Shown piece after piece: positions 58,017 to 64,000 of a stretch of 64,000 nt of DNA. Source of the stretch: an uncultured Lachnospiraceae bacterium (GTDB lineage Bacteria > Bacillota > Clostridia > Christensenellales > UBA1242); contig CAZYDU010000001.1 in assembly GCA_964646345.1 (NCBI GenBank), positions 12,583-76,582 on the forward strand. Reading direction: 5' to 3'. The position numbers were made by a program, and so were the translations under genes. Within the stretch, counting starts at the first letter, position 1; each line of letters starts with the position of its first letter. The notes below the pieces were generated by a model, which was not told the DNA's origin, made no database searches, and was given only the letters and a program-made list of their open reading frames with translations.

Positions 58017-58936
58017 TATTTTTCATCTCCATCAAATTCACTATTTGCAATCTCAATCATTCTTGATTCAACGTCATCATTTCTCACGATATCAATATCA
58101 TCAAACAAATCATTTTGCACTACAGTTATATATTGTCTTTTCAATAACTCAAGCAAAGCCAAAAATGTATTGATAACTTCACTCCTTGTGTAAGATTCTT
58201 CAAACATTTCACTAAACTTAAATTCTTTTTTTGTCAAAAGAGTATCTTTTATCTGATTGATTTTTTGTGCAACTGTAAATCTATCTTTTACAATCTTTTT
58301 CTCTTGCACAACTTCAGCCTTAACCGTCATTTTTTGCATTAAAGATTTAAAAGCTTCAACTAATGCATCACTTGAAAGTTTGTCAGGTAGTTCATATTTA
58401 AACTCACCAACCGAGTTATCTGGTGCTTTGTAAAATCTAGAAATATCTTCAATTTTAGCAAAAACTTCGCCCTGCTCTTTAAATATCTTATATTCTTCAA
58501 TCTGACGAATAAGTCTTTGCTCAGGGTCTTCTTCTTCAATTTCTTCAGATTCCACAGGAAGCAAGTGTCTTGATTTTATTTCCAATAAAGTTGCCGACAT
58601 ATTGATAAATTCACTAGCTTTTTCAATATCAACATCATCTATATTTTTCATCATTTCAAGGTATTGTTCAGTTATGTCCGATAAAAATATATCACGTATA
58701 TCAATTTTTGTTATCTTTATTAAATGCAACAACAAATCAAGCGGACCTTCAAATTGATTTAGCTTAAATTTATAATCATCTTCTTCGGTTTCTTCCAAAA
58801 TTTCAAGAGACTTTTTATCCAATTTTATTGTATCAAAAACTGAAGGAGTGGTCTTTTCTTCTTGAACAACCGATTCATCTTGTTTTGTTTCAGATTGTTT
58901 TTCTTCATTTGTATCCAGATTTTTTTCTTCCATCAT
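58016..58936 (-). CDS. scpA: segregation and condensation protein A
   Basis: FEGPLDLLLHLI kleisin N-terminal motif. Its stop overlaps the scpB start. Confidence 0.9.
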   Translation of the reverse strand: MMEEKNLDTNEEKQSETKQDESVVQEEKTTPSVFDTIKLDKKSLEILEETEEDDYKFKLNQFEGPLDLLLHLIKITKIDIRDIFLSDITEQYLEMMKNIDDVDIEKASEFINMSATLLEIKSRHLLPVESEEIEEEDPEQRLIRQIEEYKIFKEQGEVFAKIEDISRFYKAPDNSVGEFKYELPDKLSSDALVEAFKSLMQKMTVKAEVVQEKKIVKDRFTVAQKINQIKDTLLTKKEFKFSEMFEESYTRSEVINTFLALLELLKRQYITVVQNDLFDDIDIVRNDDVESRMIEIANSEFDGDEK

Positions 58937-59607
58937 AACCCCAAAATTTTACTAAATAAATCTACTAAAAACGTAAACAAATTTTCAATAACTATGCCAT
59001 AGCAGAAATCATAAATACCGGTAATAATAAGTAATATGAAAATAACAAGCGAGTATTTTTTTGCAAATTTTAGGTATGCATTTTCATATCTACACATACT
59101 ATCAATCATATTATAACCATCAAATGGATAAATTGGCAACAAATTAAAGAACGCTAGTCCAAAATTTAATGAAAATGAGTAATACAGAAACAATTCAAGC
59201 ATATATCCATAAATACCACTTTCAAAAAAACCATAGTCAATTCTTAAAATCAACATATAAATAAACAAAAAACCAATGCCCAGCAAAAGATTCATAACAA
59301 TCCCGGCAACAGAAACTAAAAATTGGCTTTTTCTTCCACGTTTAAAATTATTGGAATTTATTGGAACAGGCTTTGCCCAACCAAATCCAAAAAACAACAT
59401 CATCAAAAATCCACAAATGTCGAAATGAGCAAAAGCTTCTGGTGTGCAACGCTTATAAGCAACGGCAGTATAATCGCCTTCTTTTTTAGCCACCCAAGCA
59501 TGGGCAAATTCATGAAACGGTATTGCTATAAACAATGCCATTACAAGTGCAACCAATCCTAACACAGCTTCAAGCAATCCACTACCTAGATGATTAAAAA
59601 ATACCAT
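58933..59607 (-). CDS. site-2 protease (M50) family membrane metalloprotease
   Basis: HEFAHAW (HExxH) in a TM helix, plus the later NLLPIYPFDG motif. Start set at the ATG after AGGAGA. Confidence 0.75.
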   Translation of the reverse strand: MVFFNHLGSGLLEAVLGLVALVMALFIAIPFHEFAHAWVAKKEGDYTAVAYKRCTPEAFAHFDICGFLMMLFFGFGWAKPVPINSNNFKRGRKSQFLVSVAGIVMNLLLGIGFLFIYMLILRIDYGFFESGIYGYMLELFLYYSFSLNFGLAFFNLLPIYPFDGYNMIDSMCRYENAYLKFAKKYSLVIFILLIITGIYDFCYGIVIENLFTFLVDLFSKILGL

Positions 59608-59765
59608 ATTTTCTCCTATCTCCACGATTATAGCAAAAAACAACTTTCAAGTCAATAAAAAAGCGATTTTGAACCTAGTGCAAAACCGCTTAATTTGTCT
59701 AATATTAATAATTATAACAATCAATTTAACACAAAATTAAAATTGTAACTTCCAAGTAAATAACA

Positions 59766-60932
59766 TTACCATTTCTTTACTATTAAATCTAATTTTTCTC
59801 TTAATCCAACTTCTCCAGTGCTTTCGCCCGAAATCAAGTTAACTTCATCAACCACTAAATTATTTTTATCAAAAATAAACATTTTACCAACAGCATCTCC
59901 TTGTTTTATTGGAGCTTTTATATTGTCATAAATTTCATAGTCAGTCGAAAACTCAAACTGTTCATTTTTCTCTAAAAACACATTTATTTCTTTTTCTGGG
60001 AAAATAGAAACTTGATTCAATGCATTTTTGAATTTAAAAACCGTTACCGGCGAGTCATTATTTATTAATATTTTTGTTTCGTAATTAGCAAACCCATAGT
60101 TAAATAATTTACTCATTTCGGCAAATCTTGTTTTACTGTCATCTGAACCAATGATAACACCAATCAATCTCGTTTGTCCACGTGATGCAGAAGCTGTCAA
60201 ACAAAACTTAGCTTTGTTTGTGTATCCCGTTTTACCACCATCAATACCATCGTAAGTCTTTATTAATCTGTTTGTATTTACAAGCTCAGTTTTTCTTCCA
60301 CTTGGGTGAATAAAATCTTCAATCCAAATTTTTGAGTATTTTTTGTATAAAGCATTTTCACTTACTTGCTTATAAATTTTTACCATATCACTTGCTGACG
60401 AATAATGATTATCAACGGGAAGTCCTGTGACATTTTCAAAATGAGTATCCATTAATCCTAAACTAGAAACAAGTTTATTCATTTTTTGAACGAAACTTTC
60501 TTCACTGCCCGCAACAAATTCAGCAAGAGCAACCGCACTATCATTTGCTGAAGCAATCACAACACTTTTAATAAGTTCCGATACTTTATAACTAGAACCC
60601 GCATCTAAAAATGCTGACGACCCACCAGTATTTCCAGCATTATCTGAAACACAAACAAGGTCATTCTCTTTTATAATTCCTTTATTTAAATAATCAAAAA
60701 CTATCGCAAGTGTTGCAAGTTTTGTCATCGAAGCAATCGGCAATCTTTTATTTGCCTCTTTTTCATAAATAACTTTTTCAGAATTATAATCAACCAAAAT
60801 CGCCGACTTGGAAGTGATTTTCATTTCTTCATTAGTAGCATGTGATATTAAATTATTACCGCCTATCATTGGGATAAAAAACGCAAAAATTAGTAAAAAT
60901 ATCCAAAATTTAATTATTTTTTGTCTTTTCAT
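59766..60932 (-). CDS. D-alanyl-D-alanine carboxypeptidase (PBP5/DacB-DacF type)
   Basis: Signal peptide, SMTK (SxxK), SANDS (SxN), KTGYT (KTG), C-terminal PBP5_C-like domain. Confidence 0.85.
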   Translation of the reverse strand: MKRQKIIKFWIFLLIFAFFIPMIGGNNLISHATNEEMKITSKSAILVDYNSEKVIYEKEANKRLPIASMTKLATLAIVFDYLNKGIIKENDLVCVSDNAGNTGGSSAFLDAGSSYKVSELIKSVVIASANDSAVALAEFVAGSEESFVQKMNKLVSSLGLMDTHFENVTGLPVDNHYSSASDMVKIYKQVSENALYKKYSKIWIEDFIHPSGRKTELVNTNRLIKTYDGIDGGKTGYTNKAKFCLTASASRGQTRLIGVIIGSDDSKTRFAEMSKLFNYGFANYETKILINNDSPVTVFKFKNALNQVSIFPEKEINVFLEKNEQFEFSTDYEIYDNIKAPIKQGDAVGKMFIFDKNNLVVDEVNLISGESTGEVGLREKLDLIVKKW

Positions 60933-60986
60933 AATACTTTCTCCTAAAAGTATTATTTGTCAAAGTTTGTCAAAATATGTAGAAAA

Positions 60987-61604
60987 TTAAAATATTATAA
61001 AAATTCTAGACCGTAAGATGAGAAATAATATTAAATTGATAATAAACGAAAAACAAATCATAAAAGCAATTAATATTAAAACTGGTATAAAAAAATCTCT
61101 ATCTTTAAATCCAAAGGAAAACCGTTTGTATCTCTTTGAGTAAAAACTACGCCTTAAGCAAAGCGATGAAAAAATTATATTTGAACCAAACAAAATGAGA
61201 TTAATTGGCAGTTGCAAAAACAAAACAATCATTAGTCCACTCAATCCAAATTCAGTTATTATTGCAACTACCGACAACATTAAAGTTGCACTTTGATAAG
61301 ACACAAATAGATAACAAATTAAACTTGGATAGAAATCCAAACACAATAAAAATATTATCAACTCAAATAGTAAATTTTTTATAATTAAGCTAGTAACTTG
61401 TTTTGATAAACTAACACTCCCTTTTACATAATCATAATAAATTTTATCTGTTGATGACAAAATTGATAAATACGAGTCTGAAGTAATCGCAATAATTACA
61501 CCAATAAGTAATCCGATTACAAAAAAACAAAAAAGCCAAAATAAATATTTTTTGTGCTTTTCAAAAAAATATCTAATGTCAACAAATGAATAATTAAAAC
61601 TCAC
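60987..61604 (-). CDS. spoIIM: stage II sporulation protein M-like polytopic membrane protein
   Basis: 205 aa with about 5 TM helices, lying between dacB-type and spo0A/spoIVB-type genes. The family call rests on topology and context. Confidence 0.55.
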   Translation of the reverse strand: MSFNYSFVDIRYFFEKHKKYLFWLFCFFVIGLLIGVIIAITSDSYLSILSSTDKIYYDYVKGSVSLSKQVTSLIIKNLLFELIIFLLCLDFYPSLICYLFVSYQSATLMLSVVAIITEFGLSGLMIVLFLQLPINLILFGSNIIFSSLCLRRSFYSKRYKRFSFGFKDRDFFIPVLILIAFMICFSFIINLILFLILRSRIFIIF

Positions 61605-61639
61605 ATTATAGTTTATGCTATCTACTTAAAAAGTTAAAA

Positions 61640-62119
61640 CTAGATTTGGAATTTTAATTTATTTTGTTGAAACATCTTTGAAGAAATTAATTCCACAATC
61701 TTAACAACAAGCTCACTGTTATGTGGATATAAAATGGTATTCTTTAAATAAGTGCATATAAAATTCCCTTCATTTTTAGACGCAAAATATAAAACGTTTT
61801 CAAAACACCTTCGCATCGCTCTATCAACACACATGGTTGTGGTTTCATATTTTCTAGAAATTAAAGGATAAATGTCATTGCAAATACTAACTTTCTTTTT
61901 GCTTGACATTAAATACAAAAATATTGCATCCTTCCAAAACAAATAACCCGATTTATTAGGCAAAATATTTAGAGCCGAAAAAACTATGTCAACATCAAGG
62001 CTAACAGCAACATACATTTCTTGCAAGGTTTGCTTTTGCAAATTTAATTCCACATTGTTTTGAACATAAAAATCTCTATAAGAAATTTTCAAGTTTAGAT
62101 AAGATTCAACATTTTCCAT
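61640..62119 (-). CDS. Spo0A C-terminal (DNA-binding) domain protein lacking a receiver domain
   Basis: NKSGYLFWKDAI, IYPLISRKYETTTMCVDRAMRRCFENV and HNSELVVKIVELI align with the Spo0A effector motifs [40 protein letters not shown] and TNSEFIAMVADKL. Only 159 aa. Confidence 0.65.
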   Translation of the reverse strand: MENVESYLNLKISYRDFYVQNNVELNLQKQTLQEMYVAVSLDVDIVFSALNILPNKSGYLFWKDAIFLYLMSSKKKVSICNDIYPLISRKYETTTMCVDRAMRRCFENVLYFASKNEGNFICTYLKNTILYPHNSELVVKIVELISSKMFQQNKLKFQI

Positions 62120-62197
62120 ACCTTCTATTATAATAATATTTTTGATTAAATCAATTAATTTTGTTTATTTTTGAATAATATTGTATAATAATGTGAT

Positions 62198-63337
62198 TTA
62201 TTTATTAATCATTAAGTCTGCAAAAATGCCATAACCTTTTGTTGGGTCTGAAACAAATACATGCGTTATTGCTCCAACAAGTTTACCATTTTGTATTATT
62301 GGACTTCCACTCATTCCTTGCACAATTCCACCAGTTTTTTCAATAAGACTTTTATCAGTTACTCTTATAAACATGCTTTTTGTGTCTGAGTTTGTTTGAA
62401 AATAAGTTTTTACAATTTCTATTTCATATTCTTCTGGTGTAAATCCATCAAGAGTACATCTAATCGTTGCTTTTCCGCTTTTAATTTCACTTCTATCAGC
62501 AACTTGCATTTCTTGAAATGAATAATCTTTTAAACAATCTTCACTAAACTTGCCAAATACACCACTATTATTATTTGTATCAAGCGAGCCAAACATATTG
62601 CCATTTCTCAAAAACAAACCTTTAAGTTCGCCTGGATTATTTTTAACACCTTTTTTCACACCAACAATATTACACTTAAAAATGTTTCCACTAGATACCG
62701 GCATGATTGAACCCGTGTCAATATCACAAACCGAATGCCCCAACGCCCCAAATCTTAAGTTATCTTTTCGAATGTAGGTCAAAGTTCCAACACCGGCTGA
62801 ATCGTCCCTTATCCAAAGCCCGAGTTTATACTTGCCTGTTTCGCTATCAAATATTGGTTTTATCTTTGCACTTTGTTCTTCATTTTTTCTTAAAATTGTT
62901 AAGTTTACATTTTCTTTAGCATCAATTTTATCATTCAAAACTTCCGAAATATTTTCAGTACTATTAATGGAATAATTCTCAATTTTCTTTATGATATCGC
63001 CTTCCGATAAATTTTCAACATTATCATTTGAAATCGCAACAACCAGCACTCCGTCACATTTAAATGTAAAACCCAAAGGTATTCCACCAACATAGACAGA
63101 AATCTTTTCATTTAAAACTGTAGTTTTTTCATTTTTGTTGAATAACTTTTTTACAAATTTTTTTATGCTTGGAAATTCATAAGAATATGCAACTGAACAA
63201 AACTTCGCTTGCGTTGGTTTTACTGAAACGGGATTAATAATAGTAAAGCAACATGAAACAAATGCAAGCAACGTTAAAATTAAATTTTTCCAGCCAAATC
63301 TTTTTGATTTATTTTTCAATGAAAAAAAACTACCCAT
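62198..63337 (-). CDS. spoIVB: SpoIVB peptidase (S55)
   Basis: TM anchor, PDZ-like region, GVGTLTYI, GALGH, GMSGSPI catalytic serine motif. Confidence 0.85.
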   Translation of the reverse strand: MGSFFSLKNKSKRFGWKNLILTLLAFVSCCFTIINPVSVKPTQAKFCSVAYSYEFPSIKKFVKKLFNKNEKTTVLNEKISVYVGGIPLGFTFKCDGVLVVAISNDNVENLSEGDIIKKIENYSINSTENISEVLNDKIDAKENVNLTILRKNEEQSAKIKPIFDSETGKYKLGLWIRDDSAGVGTLTYIRKDNLRFGALGHSVCDIDTGSIMPVSSGNIFKCNIVGVKKGVKNNPGELKGLFLRNGNMFGSLDTNNNSGVFGKFSEDCLKDYSFQEMQVADRSEIKSGKATIRCTLDGFTPEEYEIEIVKTYFQTNSDTKSMFIRVTDKSLIEKTGGIVQGMSGSPIIQNGKLVGAITHVFVSDPTKGYGIFADLMINK

Positions 63338-63366
63338 ATTAAGTAGTTTTCTTTCTTTACAAAAAA

Positions 63367-64000
63367 TTATGTATTTTGATTGAATTTATATCCAGATTCA
63401 AGCATAAGTTTTGCATGTTCCAAAGAAAAGTCTGAAATATTGCCACCAATAAGCCTTGCAATCTCCGAAACTCTGCCATTGTTAGATAACAATTCTAATT
63501 TTGTTTTTGTTTTCCCATCAATATCAGCTTTTGAAATAAAGAAATGTGTTGAGCCGAAACTTGCAACCTGAGCTAAGTGAGTAACGCAAATTACTTGATG
63601 ATTTCTTCCGATTGATGCTAGTTTCACAGCTAATGCATTGGCTGTATCACCACTAATTCCTGTGTCAATTTCATCAAAAACCATTGTATCAACCGACACA
63701 ATATCAGCTGTAACATTCTTGACAGATAGCATAAATCTACTCATTTCACCACCACTTGCAACCTTGTTTAATGGTTTTAATGGCTGACCAGCATTAGCGG
63801 TAAACATAAATTCTATTCTATCAAAACCTGCCTCATCACAATTATTTTCATCTAGTTCATAAAATAATATTTCAAACTTAGAACTACGCATTGATAATTC
63901 CGCTAAATTTTCTTTTACTTTTTGCACAAAGACTGATGCATATTTTTTCCTAAGACAAGTTAGTTCTTTTGCCGAAATTTTTAATTTTTCTATCAATTTA
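63367..64000 (-). CDS. recN: DNA repair protein RecN, C-terminal part (5' end outside the window)
   Basis: ASGGEMSRFMLSVK signature motif and MVFDEIDTGISG Walker B. The ORF is open to the window edge. Confidence 0.9.
   Translation of the reverse strand, partial: KLIEKLKISAKELTCLRKKYASVFVQKVKENLAELSMRSSKFEILFYELDENNCDEAGFDRIEFMFTANAGQPLKPLNKVASGGEMSRFMLSVKNVTADIVSVDTMVFDEIDTGISGDTANALAVKLASIGRNHQVICVTHLAQVASFGSTHFFISKADIDGKTKTKLELLSNNGRVSEIARLIGGNISDFSLEHAKLMLESGYKFNQNT

Overview
AT-rich Firmicutes/Clostridia-type chromosomal segment. It is tightly packed, and about 60 of 62 genes sit on the minus strand; only cmk and one tRNA-Thr are on plus. Gene order resembles Bacillus/Clostridium housekeeping blocks: fhs, nrnA, rny, recA, pgsA, rimO, ftsK, mlpA-like, ylxY-like, pnp, rpsO, rel, recJ, secDF, yajC, tgt, queA, ruvBAC, yebC, rplT-rpmI-infC, thrS with a T-box, cmk, queH, argS, a P1B-ATPase, rlmH, htpG, plsC, rluB, ytfJ/ytfI, scpAB, dacB, spoIIM, a Spo0A_C-only gene, spoIVB and recN. 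No rRNA, CRISPR array, transposase or integrase is visible. The clearest accessory DNA is a ~4.4 kb insertion between yebC and ruvC. It carries a DUF5131 (Gp37/Gp68) gene, an epsilon/zeta-like toxin-antitoxin pair, and a NUDIX + radical-SAM two-gene cassette. That cassette is bracketed by perfect 104-bp direct repeats that duplicate the ruvC 5' region. The radical-SAM frame is split at an A7 slippery run. Other points worth a second look: a ~45-130 bp imperfect-palindrome repeat family at four inter-operon spacers; a catalytically degenerate, acidic FtsK paralog just downstream of ftsK; a long RSH protein whose synthetase motifs look dead; a receiver-less Spo0A_C protein at the canonical spo0A position; a GrpB pseudogene; and a CIRCE-like operator upstream of htpG. 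All calls come from reading the sequence and the ORF translations. No database search was run.
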